A stretch of 46,143 nucleotides of DNA. Origin: an uncultured Verrucomicrobiae bacterium. GTDB lineage: Bacteria; Verrucomicrobiota; Verrucomicrobiia; Limisphaerales; J093. A program made the position numbers and the translations under genes. Positions 17,446 through 27,425 of this stretch are shown one piece after another; the first letter of the stretch is position 1, and the number at the start of each line of letters is the position of its first letter. The DNA lies in NCBI GenBank assembly GCA_937976685.1, contig CALJWR010000240.1, forward strand, positions 1 through 46,143, in the 5' to 3' direction. A model generated the notes under the pieces. The model did not search any database. It saw only the letters and a program-made list of their open reading frames with translations, and was not told where the DNA came from.

Positions 17446-18180
17446 TTACTTGGTGGCTTCGGCGGGTAACAGGGTGACGGACTTGATGTAGTCCAGGTTC
17501 GGGAAGTCCTTCTTCAGGTAGGCGTTGCCCTCCATCTGGATGCGGCTCTGGTCCGGACCCCGGCCGCGGGGCGCGCCTTCGCCGTACTCGGCGTTGATCT
17601 TGTCCACCACGTCCATGCCCTCGACCACTTTGCCGAACTGCGAAAAGCCCATCGTGTCGAGCCGCGTGTTGTCGGCGAAGTTGATGAAAAACTGGGTGGT
17701 GCGGGTGTTGGGGCCTGCCATGGCGTAGGTCAGCGTCCCGCGTTTGTTGCTGCCTTTGACGGGGTCGTCCGGGATCGGCGCCCCGCGCCATCTGGCGGCT
17801 ACCTTCGGATCACCGTGAATCCCGAACTGGCACATGAAACCGGAAATCACCCGGAAGAACGCCATATCCGTAAAGTACCCAGCCCGGACGAGGTTGTAGA
17901 AGCGGTCCGCCCCGTTGGGCGACAAGGAGCGGGTGACCTCGACGGTGAACTTGCCCTTGGTGGTGTCGAACTGGACCCGGTATGTCTCGGGTGCCTTCTC
18001 GGTGAGCTTGGCCGGGTCCATCAGGTCGGCGGCAGGCGTGGCATTCGGAACCGCGCTGGCTTGCAGCTTCGGAACGGGCGGTGCGGGTGGCGCATCGCCC
18101 TTCGACGGAGCGTCGGCAGCGTGGCTCCACGCCGCCGTGAGGTTCAGGCAAAGAAAGGCGGTCAACAGCGTTTTCATCAT
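17446..18180 (-). CDS. Cyclophilin-type PPIase with signal peptide
   Basis: Likely start MMKTLLTAFLCLNLTAAWSHA (signal peptide), a Pro/Ala linker, then FFRVISGFMCQFG and AMAGPNTRTTQFFIN. Confidence 0.93.
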   Translation of the reverse strand: MMKTLLTAFLCLNLTAAWSHAADAPSKGDAPPAPPVPKLQASAVPNATPAADLMDPAKLTEKAPETYRVQFDTTKGKFTVEVTRSLSPNGADRFYNLVRAGYFTDMAFFRVISGFMCQFGIHGDPKVAARWRGAPIPDDPVKGSNKRGTLTYAMAGPNTRTTQFFINFADNTRLDTMGFSQFGKVVEGMDVVDKINAEYGEGAPRGRGPDQSRIQMEGNAYLKKDFPNLDYIKSVTLLPAEATK

Positions 18181-18335
18181 GCGCGGAAGGGTGACACAAG
18201 CTGGCCGGCTGTCACGCGCGGAGGTGTGTGAGCGGCCCACCTGTCGCTGCGCAGCCCTCCCGCGTCCGTCCTGCCGGGCGGGCTCCCCCACGGCGGGCGG
18301 TTTCGCCCGCCGATCGGCCCCGGTGCGTTCATCGC

Positions 18336-19355
18336 CTAATCCAGCCGGTAGAAGTCGTAGTTCAAGCGCCACGTGAACTCGGCCCCCGGCTCGATCCGCA
18401 TGGCGATGAAGGGCTCGATCGAGTGCGGCGCGCGGATGGTCCATAGCGCGACTTTCGCAAGCGGTCGGTCACCGGTGATCCGCAGGCCCACGCCAGTGTC
18501 GTGGCTCTCGACGCGGAAGTCGTAGTCCTTCGCGTCCGGTCCGAAACCGGATATCACGGTGTACACGCGTTCCTCACCGGCCAGCGGCTTCTTGAGGAGC
18601 AACTGGTTGCCGCGCACCTCGGCGAGCGCGGGATCCAGCGGCGGATCGGTTTTGATCGGGAAGCGGGTGGTGAGTGAGAGCCCGGGACCGGGCGGCTGCC
18701 GGTCGAGGTAGAGGAAGTTGTGGTTGTACACGCTCGTCTCGATCGTCCGGCGGCCGGTGTTGCGGAGGACATGGCCGAGAACCATCTGGGACTGTTCACC
18801 CGTCAGGGCCACCGTCTTGCGGTAGTCGTAGCCGTAACCCATGGCGGGGTCGGTCAGTTCATGTCGGAACTCCACCGCGTCGCTCCGCGACGAAACTGTC
18901 CAGCGGCCGCCGTTCACGATGGGATAGAGGCGGTACGGATCGTAGGGTTTGTCGTCCGGCCGCCGGAGCACACCCACGCCGATCTTGATGAAGGTGCCGC
19001 CGGGCGGAGCTTGGTCGAAGCCCAGCGCCTTGCCGTCCGCGACGAACTCCTCGGCTGGGCCGGTGATCGCCGTGCAGGGGCCGGCCACGATGTCTGGCCC
19101 GTCGTAGATGAAGTCGTGAACCTCCGCCACCCGCTGGAACCATGGTGCGTAGAACTCGCGCCCGGCGAACCGCAGACTGCCGACGACCCCGGACCAGTCG
19201 AAACGGGTGCCGTGGTAGAACCCTCGCTCGGCGTCGGGCAGATAGAGCTTCACCCGGAGCTGGCTGTTGGCGATTTCGACGGCGGGTGGATCGGCGGAGG
19301 CGCCGACGCCGGTGGCGAGCGGGACTCCGAGGACAAGACAGGCGGTGGTATTCAT
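18336..19355 (-). CDS. Secreted galactose-mutarotase/aldose-epimerase-like hypothetical protein
   Basis: Signal-like N-terminus, beta-rich sequence, [15 protein letters not shown] (cf. mutarotase NHxYF) and C-terminal IEPF. Confidence 0.6.
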   Translation of the reverse strand: MNTTACLVLGVPLATGVGASADPPAVEIANSQLRVKLYLPDAERGFYHGTRFDWSGVVGSLRFAGREFYAPWFQRVAEVHDFIYDGPDIVAGPCTAITGPAEEFVADGKALGFDQAPPGGTFIKIGVGVLRRPDDKPYDPYRLYPIVNGGRWTVSSRSDAVEFRHELTDPAMGYGYDYRKTVALTGEQSQMVLGHVLRNTGRRTIETSVYNHNFLYLDRQPPGPGLSLTTRFPIKTDPPLDPALAEVRGNQLLLKKPLAGEERVYTVISGFGPDAKDYDFRVESHDTGVGLRITGDRPLAKVALWTIRAPHSIEPFIAMRIEPGAEFTWRLNYDFYRLD

Positions 19356-19476
19356 AGGCGCGATCATGGACGAGCCCGCGCCCGGCGGCAATCCCGGCCT
19401 CCGCCCGACGAGCCAGCGACGTCCGGGACAGGCGACACTTGACGCTCGGCACCTCGTTCGCAACGGTCACGGCCGC

Positions 19477-20567
<1,091 letters not shown>

Positions 20568-20568
<1 letters not shown>

Positions 20569-21635
20569 TGACCGAGCTCATGGATGCTTCCGCCGATTTC
20601 ACCGCCAGTTGCCCGTTACCAATCGGCAACTATCCGCACGTCCTGCTGGCTCACGGTGGCGGGGGCCGCCTGATGCAGCAGCTCATTGACGGCGTCTTTG
20701 GCCCGGCCTTTGCCAACCCCGCGCTGGACGAGCGCCACGATGGCGCGCATCTGACGCTCGGCGGGCAACGGCTGGCGTTCACCACCGACTCGTACGTGGT
20801 GCGACCACTCTTTTTTCCGGGCGGCGACATCGGCGCGATGGCGGTGAACGGCACGGTCAACGATCTGGCCATGTGCGGCGCGCGCCCGCGCTGGCTGAGT
20901 GCCGGCTTCATCCTCGAGGAGGGACTGCCGATGGAGACGCTGCAACGCGTTGTCGCGTCCATGCAGACGGCAGCGGCGGCGGCCGGCGTCGAGATTGTCA
21001 CCGGCGACACCAAGGTGGTGGACAAGGGCAGGGGCGACGGTCTTTTCATCACCACCGCCGGCCTCGGAGTCATTGAGAGTCCCGGGCGGATTGGTCCGGG
21101 GCAGGTTCGGGTGGGCGACGTGGTGTTGTTGAGCGGCGACGTGGGCCGGCATGGCATGGCGATCATGTCCGTGCGCGAAGGGCTGGAATTCGAAAGCCCG
21201 ATCGAAAGCGATTGCGCGCCGTTGGTGGCGCCGGTGATGGCCTTGCTGGACGCGGGCGTGAAGGTGTCCTGCCTGCGCGACCTGACCCGCGGCGGATTGG
21301 TCGCGGCGCTGAACGAGATCGCGGACGCCAGCGGCCTGCAGATTGACATTGTGGAGTCCGCCGTGCCCGTGATCGAGCCGGTGCGGGGAGCGTGCGAGAT
21401 TCTTGGCTTTGACCCGCTCTACGTGGCGAACGAAGGACGATTCGTCGCGTTCGTATCCCCGGACACCGCCGAGTTGGCGCTGACGGTCTTGCAGCGCGCC
21501 CTGCCGGACATCCGCCCCGCCCGCATTGGCGACGTTGTCACCGGCCGGCCGGGCCTGGTTACGCTGCGCAGTGCGATCGGAGCGACCCGGATCCTCGATC
21601 TCCTGAGCGGCGAGCAGTTGCCGCGCATTTGCTGA
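20568..21635 (+). CDS. hypE: Hydrogenase maturation carbamoyl dehydratase HypE
   Basis: Motifs [42 protein letters not shown] and C-terminal PRIC; TGATG overlap with hypD. Confidence 0.97.
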
Positions 21636-21676
21636 GCCGCCCAGGGTCCGGAGGGGGGCGCCGAAGCGGCCGGTCC

Positions 21677-22351
21677 TTATCGCGGACCGTAGCGGAAGTC
21701 GTCGAACGCCACCACGCTGTCGGCCTTCGTCCACAAGCCGACATTCCCCGCCTCGGCAAAAGTTGAATCCTCCACCTCAAACAGTCGCTGCCCGTTGAGC
21801 GACACCGCGAAGCGAGGGCCTTGGAACTCGACGCGGAGCGTATTCCACACGTTGGCTGGCACGAGTGCGTCCACGCCGTAGCCGCCAATCCGTCCCAGGA
21901 TGTCGAGCGCCTGGCGTTTGCCGTTCTCCACTTTGTAGAGCACGACGTTGTCCTCCAGCGCATTGGCCCGGCAGATGTAGTAGTTGGCGGCGTCGCGGGC
22001 ACGCCACACCAGTCCAGCGGCCTGGTCAAGCTGGCCGCGGATCGTGCGGAACTTCACCTCCACAAAGCCGTCGCGCAGCATCGTGCCCCGATTCAGGCAC
22101 AGCGGGAAGGAAGGTTTCGGCACGGTGCCCGATTGCCGCAGGACGCGGGGAGGACTGGGAGCCAACGCATCCGCGACAACCTCCCAAATGGGGTTGCCTT
22201 CACCGGTAACGGTCGAGACCCAACCCGCCGGCAAACGGCCTTCCGCAGTCGCGTCAAACGTCTCCATCCCGGCGGAGGACTGCCGCGGCGGGCTGGCGCA
22301 GGAGCCAATCGCAAGGCACACCAAAGCGCCAAGGGAGCCGCGCATTGCCAT
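21677..22351 (-). CDS. Lipoprotein, concanavalin-like / DUF1080 (3-keto-disaccharide hydrolase-like) fold
   Basis: Lipobox-like LAIGSC; motifs DQAAGLVWR, NYYICRANALE, WNTLRVEFQG, GNVGLWTKADS and FDDF. Confidence 0.65.
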   Translation of the reverse strand: MAMRGSLGALVCLAIGSCASPPRQSSAGMETFDATAEGRLPAGWVSTVTGEGNPIWEVVADALAPSPPRVLRQSGTVPKPSFPLCLNRGTMLRDGFVEVKFRTIRGQLDQAAGLVWRARDAANYYICRANALEDNVVLYKVENGKRQALDILGRIGGYGVDALVPANVWNTLRVEFQGPRFAVSLNGQRLFEVEDSTFAEAGNVGLWTKADSVVAFDDFRYGPR

Positions 22352-22610
22352 CCGGAACCGACGCCTCGCCGCAGTCAATCGGACGGTCTCGCGGGGCGTC
22401 CCGGCGGAGGGTGATTTGCCGAGGTGTTTCGCGTTGGGTGGAATTTCGACAAGGCTACGGTTCATGCCAGCGGTGTGATGAGATGGTGCTTGGGCGTTGA
22501 TCGAGCATTCACCCATGCCCGGAAAAATTACCCGCGATGGCTCTGTGCGGAAGCCGGGAATTGCGGGATCTTCGGCGACCGACCTGCTGGGCGGATGCTG
22601 GTTCAGTGGT

Positions 22611-23963
22611 TCAGTCGCCCTTCACCTTGGCCATCACCTCGCGAATGGCAGCGAAGACGGATTCCTCGACCGTCTCGGCGAACGGTCCGGGCTGGCCGTA
22701 GTAAATCATGCTGTCCACCGCCTCGTAGCCACCCTCGCGCAAGACGCGCAGCGACGGGATGTAGCAGGCCACGTCGTGGCAGTAGGCGGCGACCACGACG
22801 TTTTCCGCCGGAAACTCCCCCTGGACGCGCAGTCCGTAATCAATGACAACCTCGCCGCCGAGGGCCAGGAGGGTGAGGCCCCGGCCGAGTCGAAGCGCCT
22901 GAACGGGCAGGTCAAGCTGGCGAACGGGCTGGCCCCGGTCATACGCCTCCAACATCAGTCGGGCGCGCCGTTGCTTGAAGAGGTTGGCGTCCTGTAACTC
23001 AGCTTCGAAGGTCTCCCGGGTGTGGGGAGCGAAGTCCAGCCGCGCTGTTTGGTGTGCCGCGCGAATCGGCGGACTGACTTGCACCAGCTCTTTTCTCAGC
23101 GCGGCTGCGACGGCGTCGGCGAGTTCGCGACCGTATTGTTCGACATGCTCGATCTTTCCTCGCGGATGGGGGTTTTGGTCGCCGCCGCAAAGCATGAGGA
23201 AAAGGGCGGTTGCGCCGGGGAATTCCCGTTCGAGATTTCTTTGCGCCGCGCCAGCGTGGTCGCCGTCCACTTCGTAAAAATCGCCACCCAGGGTGGTGTT
23301 GTGGCAGGCGTAACCGAACAAGACGGCGAGGAGCGAGCCGTCTGCCCGGCGGACGCGGAGGACCGGGACGGAGTGATCCACTGGGCCGTCGGGATTCACG
23401 CCCAGCCGCACGCCATCGGGCGTCGGTTGCCGGCGATTAACTGCAAAGCCCGCTTCGCCGCGCCCGAACGAAAGCGCCGCAGGCTCCAACCGCTTCAGGG
23501 CGTCGCCCGCCACCTGCCCCAATTGGTCAGTGAGGCGCAGCGCGTACTGCTTCACCCGTTCTGCCTCAGCGGCGGGAAAGTCGAACATCACGCGCAGGTT
23601 GGGCCAGATGGCCGGGCCCGCATGGGTATGGGACGAGTTCACAACGAGCGCCCCCCGCGGCAGGCGATGTTCCCGCGCCAGACTCCGGGCGACCGTGTCC
23701 GAGATTTCCGCCGGGAGCCCGATGAGATCCGTTGTGACGATGACCGCACGACTGCCGGTGCGGTCCTCCAGCGCGAGGGCCTTGGCCCACAGATCGGTGC
23801 GAATTTTCGGCGCGGGATTCGTGCGCGCCGCGTAGCCACTCAGCCAAAACGGCGTGGGCGGGGTGATTGGCACGCGGGCGACGCCGGCCTTGAAGTCCGC
23901 GGCGTGAATCAGGGAGGCGCAGGCGAGGAACACCGCAAGTGAACGGAGATGGATAAGCTTCAT
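22611..23963 (-). CDS. Secreted neutral/alkaline ceramidase-like metallohydrolase
   Basis: Signal peptide; motifs AGVARVPITP, LSGY, SHTHAGP, YACHNT and GGDQNP. Confidence 0.8.
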   Translation of the reverse strand: MKLIHLRSLAVFLACASLIHAADFKAGVARVPITPPTPFWLSGYAARTNPAPKIRTDLWAKALALEDRTGSRAVIVTTDLIGLPAEISDTVARSLAREHRLPRGALVVNSSHTHAGPAIWPNLRVMFDFPAAEAERVKQYALRLTDQLGQVAGDALKRLEPAALSFGRGEAGFAVNRRQPTPDGVRLGVNPDGPVDHSVPVLRVRRADGSLLAVLFGYACHNTTLGGDFYEVDGDHAGAAQRNLEREFPGATALFLMLCGGDQNPHPRGKIEHVEQYGRELADAVAAALRKELVQVSPPIRAAHQTARLDFAPHTRETFEAELQDANLFKQRRARLMLEAYDRGQPVRQLDLPVQALRLGRGLTLLALGGEVVIDYGLRVQGEFPAENVVVAAYCHDVACYIPSLRVLREGGYEAVDSMIYYGQPGPFAETVEESVFAAIREVMAKVKGD

Positions 23964-23994
23964 GGCGGGGTGGGAGGTGGATGGTTGGATCGCT

Positions 23995-25338
23995 TCAAGC
24001 GGACTTTGCGAGTTCCGCGGCGTGCTCGCGGATTTTGAGGATCGCCGCCGCGATCTGTTCCATGTCCTCGGCGGTGCCCAATAACAGGTTCTGCGCGAAC
24101 CAGACCGCTTCAGCGCACAGCCGGCGATTGGCGGGACACGCGGTGCGTTCGGCCCAGTGCTCGAGCAGGTCCGTCGGGAAGAGCCGTTGGTAGGCCCGTG
24201 TTCGCAGGGTCGCCCGGATGAAAGGTTCTTCGTTCAGAGGCGAATAACCCGGCGAGCACGGAATGCCCTCCGCTCTCAGCGCGTCGAGAAACCGCCCGCG
24301 CGGCAGCCCGGCAAAAGCTCGATTGTCATAGCGGAACATGAAGAGATGGCAGGCGTTGCGCGTGCAACCCTCGTACGATTTCGCCGGAATGATGCCGGGG
24401 ATCGCGCGGAGCAGGCGCGTGAGGCGGGCGGCGTTCTGCTCGCGGACCCGGCTTTGCGCCTCAAGCCGTGCCATCTGCGCCAGCAGGAGCGCTCCTTGAA
24501 ATTCCGTCAGCCGCAGATTCGCGCCCCGGCTGCCGAGATATGTGAAGTCGTAGCCCGCCGTGCCACGGCCGCGGCAGTTGTTGTGGAAGGCGTAGCATTT
24601 CTCGGCCAGTTCGGGATCGTTGGTCAAGACGGCGCCGCCCTCGCCGCAGTTGAGGTTCTTACTGGCTTGGAAACTGAAGCAGCCGGTCGCTCCCAACGTG
24701 CCCACCCGCCGGCCACGCCACTCGGCCAGGTGGGCCTGACAGGCGTCCTCGACCACGGGGATGCGGCGCTCGCCCGCCACAGCGAGAATGGTGTCGAGAT
24801 CGCAGGCGCTGCCGCCGAGATGAACGGGAATGATGGCCGTGGTCCGCTCCGTGATCGCCGCCTGCAGCCGACGAGCGTCCATCTGAAACGTCTCGGGATC
24901 GCTGTCCACGAAAATGGGCAGGGCGTATTGCAGCAGGATGACGTTCAGCGTCGCCACGAACGTGTACGGCGGAAGGATGACCTCGTCTCCGGGACTGATC
25001 CCGAGGCCACCCAGGGAGGCGAACAGCGCGCTCGTGCCGTTGGCGGTCGCGAGGCAATGCTGCGCGCCCATCAGGCGGCCGAACTCAGCCTCGAAGCGCG
25101 CCACCTGGCGCCCGCTCCCACGTCCCCAACGCCCACTGCGAAGCGCACCCGCTACCGCGGCCTCGTCGTGTTCGTCGAACACCGGCCAGCCTGGAAAGGG
25201 CGCGGTGCGGACGGGACGGCCACCCAACAGGGCCGGCTTGTCAGCGGCCGCGAGGAGCAGGTGCGGCATGCCGCCCAACAAGGTCGCCGACGAAACCACG
25301 GTCTTGACGAAGGCGCGTCGTGGCAGGACTGGAGACAT
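23995..25338 (-). CDS. DegT/DnrJ/EryC1/StrS PLP aminotransferase with twin-arginine signal
   Basis: Motifs [26 protein letters not shown] and PLP-Lys [12 protein letters not shown]; N-terminal PRRAFVK followed by a hydrophobic stretch. Confidence 0.93.
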   Translation of the reverse strand: MSPVLPRRAFVKTVVSSATLLGGMPHLLLAAADKPALLGGRPVRTAPFPGWPVFDEHDEAAVAGALRSGRWGRGSGRQVARFEAEFGRLMGAQHCLATANGTSALFASLGGLGISPGDEVILPPYTFVATLNVILLQYALPIFVDSDPETFQMDARRLQAAITERTTAIIPVHLGGSACDLDTILAVAGERRIPVVEDACQAHLAEWRGRRVGTLGATGCFSFQASKNLNCGEGGAVLTNDPELAEKCYAFHNNCRGRGTAGYDFTYLGSRGANLRLTEFQGALLLAQMARLEAQSRVREQNAARLTRLLRAIPGIIPAKSYEGCTRNACHLFMFRYDNRAFAGLPRGRFLDALRAEGIPCSPGYSPLNEEPFIRATLRTRAYQRLFPTDLLEHWAERTACPANRRLCAEAVWFAQNLLLGTAEDMEQIAAAILKIREHAAELAKSA

Positions 25339-25532
25339 GGGGCAAACAGCCTGCCGGGCTCGCGATGAAGTTCAATCATTTGTTCGCGACCGGCCACGCC
25401 TGCGATTCAAGACCGGGACCCGGGTCCACGCTTGCTGGTGGCGGCAGCCGCAGCGGCCCCAAAAGCGCCCGAGCCCCCCTGCGGCGGCAAGTGAAGCGGG
25501 CAAAGCCCGGGCCGGCTCGAGTTGGCGGCCGT

Positions 25533-27407
25533 TCAGTCGGCCTGGCGAACGACGTTGAGGCGACCGGCGACCGCGCCTCTCACCGACTTGACCTTCCCGT
25601 TGGGCCAGCGCACTTCGACGGAATCAATCCGCTCGCTGTTGCCGAGCCCAAATGTCACGGGCAACTCTGATTGGGACAGGTAGCCGCGGGTCGGCATCAC
25701 CGTCCGGTACATGGTTCGGCCGGCCGAAGTCAGTTTGATCTCGGCCCCGATGGCGTCGCGATTGTCCGGATTGCCAACGAGCCGGAAGCGCACCCACCGG
25801 TGCCCGAGCCGTTGATCATTGCGCAGCAGCAGCGGCGGGCCGCCGGTTTGCATCAGGACGACATCCAAGTCACCATCGCCGTCAATGTCCGCATAGGCGG
25901 ACCCACGGCCCACGATCGGCTGGAACAGGTCTTCCCCCACCTTGGCCGGTGGCACGGCCACGAAGCTGGGACCGCGCGCCCGTCCGGCGTTCCAGAATAG
26001 TTGCGCCGGTTGCTCGTACGTCTGGCTTTGCTGGACCTTGGCGATGTCCGTCTCCAGATGCCCGTTGGCCGCGAGCACATCGAGCCGGCCGTCGAGGTCG
26101 TAGTCGAAGAAGAAGATGCCGAAGGTCAGCAGCAACCGACTGGCCGGACCGATGCCCTCGGTGATCGCCTCGTCCGCAAAGGTGAGCGGTTGGACCTGCG
26201 ACACGTACAAGGCGGTCATTTCGTTGGCGAAGTTCCCGATGGCCACGCCCAAGGCTTCATCATTGCGAAACCGGGCCACATCAATACCCATGGCGCCCCG
26301 AGTCTGTCCGTAGGAATCGAAGGCAATGCCCGACAGGGCGCCAATCTCCTTGAAGGTGCCGTCGCGGTTGTTGTGGAAGACGTAGTTCTGTACCGTGTCA
26401 TTCGCCACAATCAGGTCCGGCCAGCCGTCATGGTCGAGGTCAGCCACCACCACGCCCAGCGACTTGGCTGCCGGGACGCCGGTGACCGGGTTTTTGACTT
26501 GGATGCCCGCCCACTTCGAGACATCCGTGAACGTGCCGTCGCCGTTGTTCTGATACAGGAAAGGGAAGGTGCCCGGAAAGTCCCGCGGCTGGCCGTAGGC
26601 GCGGCCGATCCCAACCAGCTTGTAGCCCACCTCAAAGTCAATCTCCTTGCTCCACTGGACGTAATTGACCACGAAAAGGTCGAGGTCCCCATCGCGGTCA
26701 TAATCGAAGAAAGCGCAACTGGTGCTCCAATCCAACCCGGAACCACCAACGCCAGCTTTCGCCGTGACATCCTCGAAGCGGCCCTCGCCGTGGTTGCGAA
26801 AGAGGCGATTGCCGTGGACCCCGCTGATGAAGATGTCCACGAACCCGTCGTTATCGTAGTCGCCGACCGCACAGCCCTGGCCGTACATCACGATGTCGAG
26901 CCCCGAGCCGGTGGTCACGTCGCGGAAGTGCCCGGTCCCGTCGTTTTCGTACAACGCCATGGTCGGCGGCTTGGCGCCTTCCGGCATCTTGCCGGGCCAA
27001 TAACATGAGTTCACAAAGAACAGGTCCTGGTCCCCGTCGTTGTCGAAGTCGAAGAACGCTCCGCCGCCGCCCATGGATTCCGGCAGCAATTTGTCGCCGT
27101 AAGCGCCGTTGACGTGGGTAAAAGTGATCCCCGCCTCGGCGGTGATGTCGGTGAAGCGCACGGCGGGGATTTCGCTGATCAACGAGGGAGGAACCTGCGG
27201 AGCCGAAAGCTGGGTCAACCGAGGCGTCGGGGCCGGCGACTGGCGTTTGAGCCACCAGAGAGCGCCTCCGCCAGCGACCACGAGAACGCCGAGTAACACC
27301 AGCGAGAAGCGGAATGCCTTGCCGATGACCGCGTCGTCGTAAGTCTCAACGTCCGGTGGCGCCGGCTGGTTGACGTTTTGTTCTTTCGCTTCTTCGTTCG
27401 TTCGCAT
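25533..27407 (-). CDS. CRTAC1-like FG-GAP/VCBS beta-propeller with ASPIC/UnbV domain, N-terminal TM anchor
   Basis: Repeated DFDNDGDQD / DYDNDGFVD / DYDRDGDLD / DLDHDGWPD motifs; C-terminal NRDAIGA...GYLSQSE..VTFGLG...VRWPNG. Confidence 0.9.
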   Translation of the reverse strand: MRTNEEAKEQNVNQPAPPDVETYDDAVIGKAFRFSLVLLGVLVVAGGGALWWLKRQSPAPTPRLTQLSAPQVPPSLISEIPAVRFTDITAEAGITFTHVNGAYGDKLLPESMGGGGAFFDFDNDGDQDLFFVNSCYWPGKMPEGAKPPTMALYENDGTGHFRDVTTGSGLDIVMYGQGCAVGDYDNDGFVDIFISGVHGNRLFRNHGEGRFEDVTAKAGVGGSGLDWSTSCAFFDYDRDGDLDLFVVNYVQWSKEIDFEVGYKLVGIGRAYGQPRDFPGTFPFLYQNNGDGTFTDVSKWAGIQVKNPVTGVPAAKSLGVVVADLDHDGWPDLIVANDTVQNYVFHNNRDGTFKEIGALSGIAFDSYGQTRGAMGIDVARFRNDEALGVAIGNFANEMTALYVSQVQPLTFADEAITEGIGPASRLLLTFGIFFFDYDLDGRLDVLAANGHLETDIAKVQQSQTYEQPAQLFWNAGRARGPSFVAVPPAKVGEDLFQPIVGRGSAYADIDGDGDLDVVLMQTGGPPLLLRNDQRLGHRWVRFRLVGNPDNRDAIGAEIKLTSAGRTMYRTVMPTRGYLSQSELPVTFGLGNSERIDSVEVRWPNGKVKSVRGAVAGRLNVVRQAD

Positions 27408-27425
27408 CGAGTGACAATTGCGGGC

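Noticed and set aside
19267-19476. N-terminal extensions of HypD (similarly HypE, HemH, FolA, the cyclophilin and the amidase) in the ORF track
   Set aside because: These are longest-ORF artefacts. Family-typical starts lie downstream and the extensions overlap neighbouring genes.
25533-27100. Recurring gtcgaagtc/gtcgccgtc-like DNA repeats as a possible repeat array or CRISPR
   Set aside because: They encode FG-GAP DxDxDG protein repeats. There are no identical repeats with regular spacers and no cas genes.
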